A stretch of 60,393 nucleotides of DNA, filler included, from Sphacelaria rigidula (Eukaryota): the NCBI GenBank assembly GCA_964200075.2. It is 5 parts of 5 records of this genome, joined end to end, with 100 filler letters (N's around TTAATTAATTAA, not from the genome) between each part and the next. Parts side by side here need not be neighbours in the genome. Positions count along the whole stretch, not along the records: positions 36,299 to 48,296 come from CAXNAA020004253.1; positions 48,397 to 60,393 come from CAXNAA020004254.1; 3 more parts are not named here. One strand, written 5' to 3'. A model generated the notes under the pieces. It made no database searches, was not told the origin of the DNA, and saw nothing but the letters and a program-made list of their open reading frames with translations. The translations under genes were made by a program, and so were the position numbers. This document shows, one piece after another, positions 41,401 through 52,549 of this stretch (position 1 is the stretch's first letter; the number at the start of each line of letters is the position of its first letter).

Positions 41401-44400
41401 TGAGGGTTAACAGGGTTAAGAAGAGAATCGTAGAGTAAAACAACGCCGAAAGTCCCGCCTAGCGACTAATGAACAGCTACTTTTGGGCGCTTGTTTCGTT
41501 CTACGCTTCTTCTTTTTAACCCGTCACGGTGGCCCCTTAGGACTAGCTATAACATTTACTGTCTTAACGGGCTAGGAGAAATAGCGGAGAGCAAAGCGAG
41601 CGTAGACAATCAGCATGTTGATTGGTCGCCGCGACATCACGCGGCGGAATGACCATTCAGCATGCTGCTTTTCGACGCTTGCTTTGCTCTTCGCTGTATT
41701 TTTCAGCCCGATAAGACACGACCTTATACCCCACCCTATCAAGAATCGGTGAACCGACCCTTATCTCCCTGAAACTAATTTGAATAGAAACTACATTTTA
41801 TGCACCGAAGATAGCCTTTGACTTCTGACACGGCGACCCGGTTCTGGGGATACACGCGCCTGTACGGAAATCCATGTGAATGGCTGTACAACATAAATCA
41901 TGGGCTCATCTGCGTCCATCTTCAATCTGGGCACAACTTATGCAGCCGTCGTTGAATCGGGCAACACTTCCGCATGACCATTTTCGAGCTGGTTCTGAAA
42001 TGTGTGCACGTCAAGAAAACACATGTAATGCTGGCCAAGTCAAAGGCCTTAGTAATTTTTGGCTTTTACTCTAAGGTCACCGTTTTGTATTGGGGACGTG
42101 TTCTGCTCAACTACAGTTGCAAGGGTCGGACAAATAATGGTTCGTCTGGAAATTACTTGGTTTTAGTATAATCGATTGGAATCGTACGAATGAATCCCTA
42201 GGCTTTGTTTTCAGCGTTGCAACCCGGGTACACGCAGCCCAGACACGTGGAATTGCGCAAAAGTTGCGTGGATACCCCTTCGACAAGCGGTCAACTTTTC
42301 TCTCCCTTGTGGGCGATCAGGCCGAATAAATCGTGGAATTTGGTGATTCGTAGTCGTGATGATTCATCCTAACCGTGTACATTTACTTTTTGAAGGCCCT
42401 CCGCTCCACTTCCCCGCCGTTGTCGCCGTTGTCCACTGTGATTCATCGATGTTGTACACGTTAGACCATGGTGTGTCACTGGATCACAGTGGTCGTGGGA
42501 CCATAAAGGCGAGCGCTACTCCGTTCAAAAGTTATAAGGTGTAGCGGTTGGAGTACCTTCTGTAGAGTATCCTTCAAGTGGGGGGGGTAATGGTGTTGTG
42601 TCGCTGATTGTGCGAGAGCTCCCGACAGGTATCGTGTACCGTCTTCAAGTCGTGATCATCGCTTCCGCCTCACGGGCGTGACACTCGTCGTTGCTGTGTT
42701 TGTCCCGGGATTGCCTGTACCTCTGCTACTGATGGTGGTGGGCGCTGATGCTGTCACTGCTACGGCTGTTGATATTGCTGTTGTCGCTTTCTCCGCCAAA
42801 TTAATGCCAGCACGAAGAAAGTGTCGTTTCCAACAAGCGCAAGGTCGAAGAGCTGTCAGCAGAGCGCGCAGACACCGAGGAGAGGAGGGACAAGCTTCGA
42901 CGGTTGCAAGAGAACAGGGCCCGGTGAGACGTGTGCCCTCGTTGGTTCGTCCGAAGGCCGTTTTTGAGTCTTGGGGACACGCATGTAGTCATCGTCCAGC
43001 TAGTTTTCACCGGGGCTGATAATACCACGTGGAACAACACTTGGCAGCATAAAATTGCCACCGGTTGGTCTCGATACCTTGGCTCACTGCCTGATATCTC
43101 CTGCCGTGATCTCATCGCCAAGCTCTCCATGGTGGCAGAAATCACTCCCATGTCCAGGGACTGTTTGGTTTTTGTCTTTGGTGGGGCAGCACCCCCCACG
43201 TGGAAACTCACACGGTTCGGATGAATCAGCGTTTATACGGGTTGCCTATCCATGAATGTCGAATGCGAATCATGTACCGAAGAATCATCCGGTATGAATC
43301 ACGGACGGTAAAGTTGTACGTTCAAGATCGTACCGCACGAATCACGAAGTGGGAATGTGTACACTCCAAGTAGTGTCAGACGAATCAATGGTGAAAAATA
43401 TGTACAAATTACAAATATATATATATATCTTTTTTTCTGTCAAACGATGGAAGGCTACAGATGTTCGTGTTTGTCATTGAAATGACTTCCACCACTGATA
43501 ATATTATCCCTCGACTGAAGCTCAGGCAGCTATCGAGAGACCGGCACTAATCACATGTTCACTTTTGCGGTCTCATCAGGCGTACACGAATGTTTTACGT
43601 GGAGTACAAAATGTGCGAGGAAAATATTCGGGAGACGTGACTCTCGCCACTTGCTGTGGCCACAACGTGTGGCCTTGCTTCCGTTGATGCTTGCTGTTGA
43701 CGAAACCCAACAGGTTGCAGGCATTGGAGAGAGAGTACGACACACTCAAAGAAAATGACCCGGCAGAGCTGGAAAAGGCCGCAAGTCTTACTGAGGTGTG
43801 TGGTGTGTGTGCTGCGACCGTACCAACGTGTGTTCTCGATGTTTCCACGAAATTACGAACTCAGTGATCTAGTAGAGTAGAACATGGCCTTGTCGTTGGT
43901 TCGGTTCACCCACTCCGCGTCTACTGCTTGGCACAGTTGGCAAAAAGGTGATCAGGGTTCATAGGATGGTAGCATCGACGTAGGCCTCCTTTGCCATTTG
44001 CGACCGAGCTTTGTGCGAAAGACGACTGAACAGCAGGAAAGCAGGTGGACAAAACCAGAGGTATGCGACGTTACCTGGTCAACTTGCCGCACATCTCGCG
44101 GAAGCAGGTTCGCATCCTCATGCTGTGAGTTCGGTTCCCATTTTTTTTGTTTTTGTTTTCGCCACATGCAGTGCAACGCGAGAGGATCACAGACAACTTT
44201 CGCTCACGCTAGCTGGCTGCGACGGCGCCATTACATGATGAACCTTGACAGCTTTGTATACCCCGAGTGGCGTTGTATGGCATGTTCTCGTCAGCATTGG
44301 AGTGTTCTCAACCGCTCATTCCCATTGTTACTCCATTTTCCCGCCATGAACCCGACAGGTGTGTAAAGAAGGCGTGAATCGCTGGACGGACAATACCTGG

Positions 44401-44493
44401 CAGGTGAAGAGCTGGATGGTCAAGACCAAGGGCATGAGTGGATCTGACGTAGATCGATACCTCCAGATCAAGGGAGATTTCGACTATGTCTAA
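38466..44493 (+). CDS. MND1: Meiotic nuclear division protein 1 (Hop2-Mnd1 complex subunit), complete, 5 exons, 202 aa
   Basis: Exons 38466-38603, 40212-40352, 42811-42923, 43714-43795, 44359-44493, all GT-AG and phase consistent. Hallmark motifs [47 protein letters not shown] and terminal DFDYV. Confidence 0.96.
39222..39297 (+). mobile_element. tRNA-derived (SINE-head-like) sequence in MND1 intron 1
   Basis: A-box-like TGGTCAAACTGG, B-box AGTTCGAATCCC, then TTTTT; no proper cloverleaf. Confidence 0.5.
40684..41406. mobile_element. piggyBac-like non-autonomous element in MND1 intron 2
   Basis: TTAA|CCCTTAGACAGCGA ... TCGCTGTCTGAGGG|TTAA: 14-bp TIR (13/14 match) starting CCC, with TTAA duplication. 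Confidence 0.8.
41560..41718. repeat. 159-bp imperfect inverted repeat (hairpin) in MND1 intron 2
   Basis: TGTCTTAACGGGCT...GCCGCG, loop ACATCA, CGCGGC...AGCCCGATAAGACA; arms pair along their whole length. Confidence 0.8.
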
Positions 44494-45219
44494 CGTTCTC
44501 GGCTACCATTTGGAGACGCTACCTTTCCTCATGTAGTGTTGCTTGATAAGAGTAGCATTAGGATTGATATTGCATGCGCGCTCTCTCTAGTACATAGGAG
44601 TAACGATAGACAGCGAGTCTGCGGAGTGTTGTATGTTGGCCATCGGGGACTGTGCGCTTTGCAGTATTCTGAAGTGTATAAAAAATGTCCAGCTGTTGTA
44701 AGTAATTTTTTTTTTTTCAAAGTATATAATGCCACCAGTTGGAATCTTCCCTCAATTCATCCTTTGAGTGATCATCTCCTCGGGTTGCGTGCAAAACTTG
44801 GCTCCTGAGCATGAAACGTCGAAGCTTACCGAGGAAGATCAATTACTACTGCTGCTGCGGTAAGATTGCTCATTCCGTGTGTGTTCGTTGTCGGGATGCA
44901 ACGAGGAGCCAGACGGTACTCTCACGTACGGGTCGTGGCCAATTTACGTGCCGGAAGGATCCCGAGCGAAAACAGTGTAAACAGTGTGCTTGACCAACTG
45001 CGTGCGATGAGGCCGCTTCTTAAAGTCTGAAAAAAGTCGTCGAAAAAACGTCGGGCGGAAGATTTGTTTCAGTTACGTTTTCCAGAGAATCTCGTTTTCA
45101 CAACCTCGCCTAGCTTACAGTTGGTGAAAAACCTGGGCGTTTGTACACCTAAGGCCATTATCTAGCGCGCAGACGGTGGTAATGGTCATCATTTGCATTT
45201 TTGTGCTTGTGCTACACAC

Positions 45220-46145
45220 CCTACAAATTTGGATCCCAATGACCGAAATGTTGGGGTCCTAGATAAAGAAACAATCTGGGGGAATTTAGATGATCCGATC
45301 TGATCACCAAAATTCCCCGAAATTGGTTTTTCAGCTAGGACCCCAAAAGTTCGGTTATCGAAATCCAACCTTTGTACGACATGCAGTACTTGTCAACAGC
45401 TACCAGTAGGTGAAGAAATGGAACCGTATTGCGAAGATTCGGTGTGGATACAAGGGTGCCCAAAAAAATCCCAGACCCTGTCTGTGTACCTTCCCCCCTC
45501 CCCCCTCTCCCCTCCGGCGGTCGTAGGATTTTTTTTTCACAGTGAGAAACACTCCATAAATACGTAGCCCTTTGGAGGCGACTTGGTGTAGCGCTTTTGA
45601 TTATTGGCCCTATCTGCCACAAGATGCGACGAACAGTGACGCAAATTGGCGGCGGTGCAGATTGATGCGTTTAGCTCATTTTAGTAAGCATTGCAGAGCT
45701 TTGCGGTACTTGATCTTGTTCTTGTCGTGGAAGTGTGATGTGCAGTGTATTGCCCAAGCCCATAAATATAACTTGGCCTTACTTGGCTCCGAAGTCGTGC
45801 GAAAAATTGAAGCTTCATTATGACTAGAAATGGCGCCGATTCACAAAAACAAAGATCGTCAACGGGTTCCAAAAGGATCAACATGTTTTATTTTTATTTT
45901 TTGTCTTTTTTATTCATTACTAATCTTATTATTTATTATTATTATTTATTATTCATGGATGAGGTTTAGTAAGCCCCCCCCCCTGCCCCCCCCCCGAAAA
46001 AATCCAGGATTTCAAGAGAGGGGCATAGGGTCTGTGGCATTTTTCTGGGGTACCCTTGGTGGATACGAAGATTTGAGTTGAGACAATCCTCCGGGTTTTC
46101 ATCCTCAACGGAAAGCTCCATCCTCAATTTCGAGGATCGGCTGTT
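45220..46145. mobile_element. Partial copy of the ~440-bp palindromic element, split by a 608-bp insertion
   Basis: 45220-45450 is the centre plus right arm; 46059-46145 resumes exactly (GTGGATACGAAGA...GGATCGGCTGTT). Confidence 0.8.
45451..46058. mobile_element. 608-bp TIR element with 7-bp target duplication (possibly P-element-type MITE)
   Basis: GTGGATA|CAAGGGTGCCC ... GGGTACCCTTG|GTGGATA; a related left end occurs at about 48165-48242. Confidence 0.75.
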
Positions 46146-46174
46146 CAAAGAAGACAAAACAGAGGACTCTTGTT

Positions 46175-46245
46175 CCATCGGGATTGAACCATGGACGCCA
46201 GTGACACTGTCTGTCCACCTGCTCTAACTCTTAGACCACGCGGTA
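46175..46245 (-). mobile_element. tRNA-derived (SINE-head-like) sequence
   Basis: Minus strand ACCGCGTGGTCTAAGAGTTAG...GTGGACAGA...GGTTCAATCCCGATGG; shares words with the 11794 and 39222 copies. Confidence 0.5.
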
Positions 46246-46661
46246 GTCCATCTGGATCACGCATACATCCCCAGGTAAAGTTATTGATGCCGATTCAGCA
46301 GGTGACCTACCCTTCCTTGCGGTCAAGGGGTCAAGGTGGCGCAACCACGTGAGCCACTCGCGTCTTTTTTCCTGACGGCGCAAAAAAAGTGACGCACCCA
46401 AGCCCCATTACATCACCCATATTATACGACGTGCACGCCGCTATATGGCGTGTGGCTGGGGCTAGGCTCAGCTCTGGGGGTTGGGGCTTGACTGAGGATG
46501 TTCGAAGTGGACCATAGATTATGATCTATTCGGCCGCATATAGGCCACTTTAATTATTGTCGTACATGCCATCACAAAGGAGTCCTTGTCTTCTAGTAAA
46601 TCTGGGGTGCTGTTGGCAAGACATCACACCCAACCCATCACACACAAGACTAGGCTGAGCC

Positions 46662-46853
46662 ATGAAGGCCGCTCTCTCCAACCTTTTCGGCAAGAAGAAA
46701 CCTCTGAAGGAGGTCCTCCGCGAAAACAAGCGAACCATTACTAGGGCAGTCAGGGACATTGATCGTGAAAAGACCAACTTGGAGAAGCAGGAGAAAAAGC
46801 TCATCGGAGAAATCAAGAAGAGCGCGAAGGCTGGACAGATGGGGGCTGTGAAG
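46662..46853 (+). CDS. VPS2: First coding exon of ESCRT-III subunit CHMP2/VPS2 (Snf7 family); remaining exons not found in the window
   Basis: LFGKKKPLKEVLRENKRTITRAVRDIDREKTNLEKQEKKLIGEIKKSAKAGQMGAVK matches the CHMP2A/Vps2 N-terminus; similarity stops at AAG|GCAAGA. Confidence 0.88.
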
Positions 46854-48396
46854 GCAAGATGCCTGACTGTAGGATTACGCTGTTGTGACTGCTTGTTTCA
46901 TTTGCAGTGGGGCTGCTAGCATTTGTCAGAAGCGCGTCTCGTACTGCAAATGCGGCAAAATATCGCGTTTTGGATGGCTTGCACTGTCTGCAGAGCTATA
47001 GTGCAGCACACCAAACAGCCCAGCAACTTCAAGGAAGATATGTTGCGATCACCTCGACTCCTCCCAAAAGTTCGGCCATAACGTACCGAAAAGAAGCCTA
47101 AAACTCTGCTCGAGAATAGGGTTCATTTCCATACTCTACCATGTCCATCCTCATTGCTTGGAATGTGATATCCTCTGTTATGGTGCGGTTCTGGTGTTCT
47201 ATCGTAGGTCATAATAATCAATAACTGTTCCGAAACGGGGTCGCTCGTTATTTGTCCTGGTCCACGCCTTCGTATTCGCAAAATAAAGACAAAATAATAA
47301 CGGACACAATTCATGCAACCGAAGGGCTTTACGTGATGCGAGGGTGGGGTTAACGATGAGATGGCCCCCATCAGCATTGAGTCATAATGACTGCTGTCTT
47401 CACCATCTTGCTTCAGCTTAAATTCTAGGGAAAGGAAGCACCTCGTGAGGAGGAAGAAACTCATCCATCTTGTAGGATGAGATGGATACGTGGATTTGAG
47501 GACTGTTATCCGTGACACTTGACACTAGCGATTTTCCGATGAACCCTTTGGGTTCGCCGCAGATGGATCTTTGGTGGACCGCTGTCGAAGTAGCTACCTT
47601 GATCAAACTATATCTGTAAGTCAGGGAAGGGTGATGATGGAATGCACGATATCTGTCGTCATCGAGAGTGTGGTCTCAAACATGGAGGAGTTAGTTGCTG
47701 AGCTGTAGCGTCGGCGTTACCGGCGTCGAAGATCAGCCGGTGATTTTGTTCCGGAACGAGGTCTGGTGTCCACAGGGTAACGTAGATCGTGTCTCAGGCC
47801 ACTTTTCATAGACCGAAAAAAGTCTCCGAGAAACGTCGTTTTGGCCAGTTTCCAAATACTTTTTTCAGAACGCGACCTTATGAAGCCCTTTTTCATGAAA
47901 AAAGTCCCTGGAAACTGACCAAAATTCTTAGACAGTGGAATTTTTCCAAATCTCTGTGGGAACAACCGTGGCATGAAACCGGGTGTAGCAACTTCCGCGA
48001 TAAAGACTAGAGTTCTGTGGGCTCAATTTGGCTACTGTACAACCGAGTAACCGAGCAAGAAAACGAAATCCGACTCGAAATTTGGCGCAGACACCGAATT
48101 CAAGGTGTGCCTTCTTGCGATGCTAACCCTCCATGCATTGGAAGTGGAAAAATACCGTCTTGCCCAGGAGTGCCCGAAAGAAACCCTCCGAGACCATATG
48201 TACCCCCCCCCCCCTCTGGCGGTCGTAGGATTTTTTTTTTTTCTTTACAACATCACTTTGAAGTTGTTTTTTCCTGCATTGTCGGCTCTAGAATTTNNNN
48301 NNNNNNNNNNNNNNNNNNNNNNNNNNNNNNNNNNNNNNNNTTAATTAATTAANNNNNNNNNNNNNNNNNNNNNNNNNNNNNNNNNNNNNNNNNNNN

Positions 48397-48600
48397 GCGC
48401 ACCCCTCCGGAGGAATTTGGGGGTATGCGCGGCCCTCCGGAGGCAAGAACAAGCCCCCGGAGGCGTTGAACCCCTCTGGAAGGAACAAAAAAATCTCCTC
48501 TGGAGGGCCGCGCATCCCTCCGGAGGCGTTTGATTCCTCTGGAGGCTCGAAAAGTGTACCCACCTTTAGGAAGTTTGGAGGTAGCCAAATGGCCGCGTGT
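48397..48600. mobile_element. Right end of an ACACGCGGCCATTCGGCT-TIR element with CCTCCGGAGG subterminal repeats
   Basis: About 7 CCTC(C/T)GGAGG-like words, then GTAGCCAAATGGCCGCGTGT; the left end is lost in the gap. Confidence 0.65.
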
Positions 48601-49328
48601 GTTGTTAGGGACGCGCGTGCAGCACACGCTTACAACATGGTCAGCAACGACACGTTTTCGGTTGTTTTTGACACGCATGCGGCCGCTATTTGTCCAATAT
48701 ACAGCACGGATTTATGTCAAACAAAGACTGCCGTGTGTAGGTTAGCAAGGCCAAGCAGTGAAATTAATGCGCGTGAGTTGTGAGTGTCTGTGCGTGTGTT
48801 TTTCAGGGCTGGGTGTGTAGGTGTTGTGTTGCCTTGTGTTTGGTCTGCAGCATTAGACAGACCTTGATCCTGCTTGGACTAACGACTACTTCCAGACCCG
48901 CCGCATTCCTGAATCTTCGTGCAGATTTGGGTTCCAATTTGTACAAAACTGCGTGTCGATAGGACTCGGGACTGGTCGTTCTGGGGTCAGTCCCCTGTCA
49001 AAAGGAAATTGTGAAAAAGGGGAAAATCTCCTTCGTCAAGAAGGGCCCCTATCAACAAAATTTTCGTGTCGAAAACGTGCGGTCGAACGGAATTCCCTCG
49101 TTTCTGATTCGCCCACGCTCTTTATTTTCTCAGATGGTTGAGAACATGGATGCCGTGGACGTGTCAGCTAAGAGCAAATTCGACTCCACCGTACGTTTTC
49201 GGTCGAAGACAATTTGATGAGGGCTTGTCTCAGCACTTTTTTCTTCGATCGAAAAAGTGCGGCGGAAAACAAAAATCCTGATCTGATCGGTCGTAAATTC
49301 AATCATGTTGAAAATAAACGACGCACAC

Positions 49329-49590
49329 AACACTATATTCGTGAGATTCAGAGTCAGGATTTCAAACGGAAGAACTGTTTTCTTCGTGGTCGATTCTTAT
49401 GCAAAACAGGTCGCGTCACTAATCAACCAATCCGAGTAATGAACGTGCGCGTTTTCACAGCCTCCAATGTTGGCGGATTAGTGACGCGAACTGTTTCGCA
49501 TAAGAATCGACCACAAAGAAAACAGTTCTTCCGTTTGAAATCCTGACTCTGAATCTGAAACTAAACTCTGAATCTCACGAATATAGTGTT
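49329..49590. mobile_element. Near-perfect hairpin element with CACTA...TAGTG ends
   Basis: Arms 49329-49424 and 49476-49590 differ by 3 substitutions and one 19-nt insertion; 51-nt spacer. Confidence 0.8.
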
Positions 49591-51277
49591 ACACGCGGCC
49601 ATTCGGCTACACCCCAAAATGCCTCCGGAGAGATGCGCACACGAATTTTTGTTTAACGGCCAATCTTGAAACCTCGGACACAAAAGAATAAAGAAGGCTA
49701 GGCTCCTCTCTGTGGGGTGATGCAAAGTGTCCAAGACATGTGTTGACGATTTTCCCTGTTTGGGGGTCAAAAAGTGGCTCAAACACGATGAAAGTGAACA
49801 ATCCGTGAGCCAAAAATCTGTGGGCCATGACATCCGGCCTCACCTCAATTTTTGCAAGTTAGACTTCGAAATTCGGTACGGAGGAAGAATAGGGCATTCT
49901 GAAACGCTATCGATCTGGACAAACAGATTTTTTTTTTTTGTTTGTTGATGTCAATAATCAGTATCTAGATATCAGGAAAATACCTTCAGTTCACGAAAAA
50001 ACAAACTTTGAGACTCCACACACACCATTTTTTTATGCCCGGTTAATTTTCCATACCGAATTTAACATTCCAATTCCAAAAAAAAATGCGACATCGATTT
50101 TCAAAGACCTGGCCGGATGAGATTCGGAACAGTATTTTGCAGGCCGTTTACCGGCCCGCGTTTGGGGTTTTTGTTCCGAAACTTTGTGAGGGACATCGCT
50201 AGGTCATGATGAACGAAGAAAAATGGATCCGGTTGGGTTTTTTTTTTTGCGCTGGTTTTGGGCGTTTAGTATAGTAACGACATTTTTTTTACACAAACGC
50301 CCGAACCTCCCCCCCAAAAAATAAATAAATAAATAAATATATGGAGGCCTATTTTTTTTCTTTTCATCACACCTCTGTCGTTCTCCATGCTAAGTTTCAT
50401 ACCACAATTTTGAAAATTGAGATAAGGCACCACAATTTTGAAAATTGAGATGAGACCCAACAGCAATGTTTATATCCCCTCAAACCTCCCGTAAAACACG
50501 AAAAGAAAAAATGGAAGCAAAAATAAATCATGATGCACTTGCGGTTCTCCATACTAAATTTCATAGCACAACTCTCAGAAATGAAGACGCGATATCTAGA
50601 TTTGGCTCATCTCGTGCCTCTGCTCGTAATATCTTGATATTAGTATGGGATATTATGTGCGCTATATCTCGAGATAGATCACGAATTGGGTGAAGTTGAG
50701 GGTATCTATCGTCTCCCCGTGCTCCCTGGAAGGTCTACACGAAAAATCGTCATCCTCCGCTGAATGTATCCTTCGGGGTTTCATAAAAGTTTCAGTGTGG
50801 ACGCTTTCTCCGTACGGTACAGGAATTGGATGCGCGGGGGCCCTCCAGAGCACCATCTTTTTTGTTACTCTTCATATAATTGGAGAGCAATGATACGATA
50901 GGGGTTGCGCTTTTTGTTTTGGGTCTCATTTTTCTAGGAGCCCACATCTATGGGGTTTACCGTGCAACCCAAATCTCCGGGGACCGGACATGGAGATGCA
51001 CTTAGTGGCATCTTCGTGAATCGGCATCATTTTCAGTATTTTTCAAGTGAAAATGATGCCGATTCTCAAAATAACCCGTCCAACACCCCGATAAACATTT
51101 TTGCTGAAAAAGTGCAACCTCTACCGTAGCATCACGCTGGAGTATCAGGTGCCCTCCAGAGGATTCATTTTTGACCGCACCTGCGGATGTAAAATACCCT
51201 CTAGAGGGTATGTCACCCTCGAGAGGATGAAAATCGCGACAGAGGACTGTAATGGGGGTAGCCGAATAGCCGCGTGT
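49591..51277. mobile_element. Candidate 1.7-kb non-autonomous element bounded by 20-bp TIRs
   Basis: ACACGCGGCCATTCGGCTAC ... GTAGCCGAATAGCCGCGTGT (19/20 match); CCTCNNGAGG words near the right end; AT-rich non-coding interior. Confidence 0.55.
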
Positions 51278-51401
51278 GCTCTGCGTGCCTGATCCATGGG
51301 CAGCTTTCGGCGATTACCCCAGGGGGTGAGCATCTTTCATTGAGCTTGCTTGGGGAACAACATTCAACACTCGTCCTCACATGAGTTGGATTCCTGCGTA
51401 T

Positions 51402-51798
51402 AACAGCCGATCATCGAGATTTAGGATGGAGCTTTCCATCGAGGATGAGAATCAGCAGGATTGAAATCGTCGTACCCGCACCACATCTTCGAAACATGGT
51501 TCCGTTCGTTCCCCTTCTAGTAGCCATCGACAAGTTCTACATGTCGTACAAATTGGGATTTCGATGACCGAAATGTTAGGGTCCTAGGTGTAGAACCAAT
51601 TTCGGGGTATTTCGGCGATCAGATCGGATCACCTAAATTCCCCAACGTTGTTTCCTCATTCACGACCCCAACATTTCGGTTGTCGGAATCGAAATTTGTA
51701 GGGTGTGCAGAAGATTTGGTGTGAATAGAAAGATGTCAATCCTCCGAGTTCTCATCCTCAATAAAGAGCTCCATCCCCAATTTCGATGATCCGCTGTT
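51402..51798. mobile_element. Fold-back palindromic element (~440-bp family), right arm partly deleted
   Basis: AACAGCCGATCATCGAGATT ... AATTTCGATGATCCGCTGTT; centre GATCAGATCGGATC. Confidence 0.85.
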
Positions 51799-52110
51799 TA
51801 TTGGCGCGGCGTGGCGGAACACCGTTCGTACAGAACATGCCTTTCGTTGGCTGAGTGGGAACATCGATGACGGTCTGTACGGTGCTGCAGCGGCGTACTA
51901 CTTTAATCGGGTATTTTTGACGAGTCTTCGTGCGCCACCGCCCATCACAGTGGACGTTCAATCCCGAAGTTTGGGCATCGGGGGATACTAAATAGCATCC
52001 ATCTCACATTTCGAGAAAGAGAAATTGTTCCTGCACTCAGTAATGAATTAGTTACGGTGTGACCGGCTCCCGGGGGTCCCACGAGTTTACAGCTTCAGGT
52101 TTTGACCCTT

Positions 52111-52493
52111 CACACGCGGCCATTCGGCTCCTGCTGGAAAATCCTCTATCGTGATTCTCATCCTCTGGAGGGGCAATTGGCCCTCCTTTTGGATGAAATA
52201 CCGTCTGGTGGTTCATGATGCCTCTGGAATGGACAGTAAAACGAAGCCGCCAGAGGGCACATAATTCCCTTGAGCACATAGTTTCACTGAGGGTGCCTCT
52301 GGGGAAATTTGGGGAAACCATACTCTCTAGGAGGTAAACTTACCGCTTGAGTTCGCACACCAAACCTCTGGACGACACTTGAACCATCAGATGGCATTTC
52401 ATCCTCGGGAGCAGTCCGGAGGGTCATTTCCGCCCCCAGAGGATGAAAATCACGATGGAGGATTTTCAAACAGGAGCCGAATGGCCGCGTGTG
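52111..52493. mobile_element. 383-bp MITE with perfect 23-bp TIRs
   Basis: CACACGCGGCCATTCGGCTCCTG ... CAGGAGCCGAATGGCCGCGTGTG; multiple internal CCTCTGGAGG-like words. Confidence 0.85.
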
Positions 52494-52549
52494 CTGGGTA
52501 TTTTCGCTCGATTAACCAAAATCTTGATTGTTCTCGCGAACTGTTGCAA

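Noticed and set aside
51800..51991. Stop-free plus frame (…EHAFRWLSGNIDDGLYGAAAAYYFNR…) as a missing tyrosinase or CHMP2 exon
   Set aside because: No similarity to the expected sequence of either protein.
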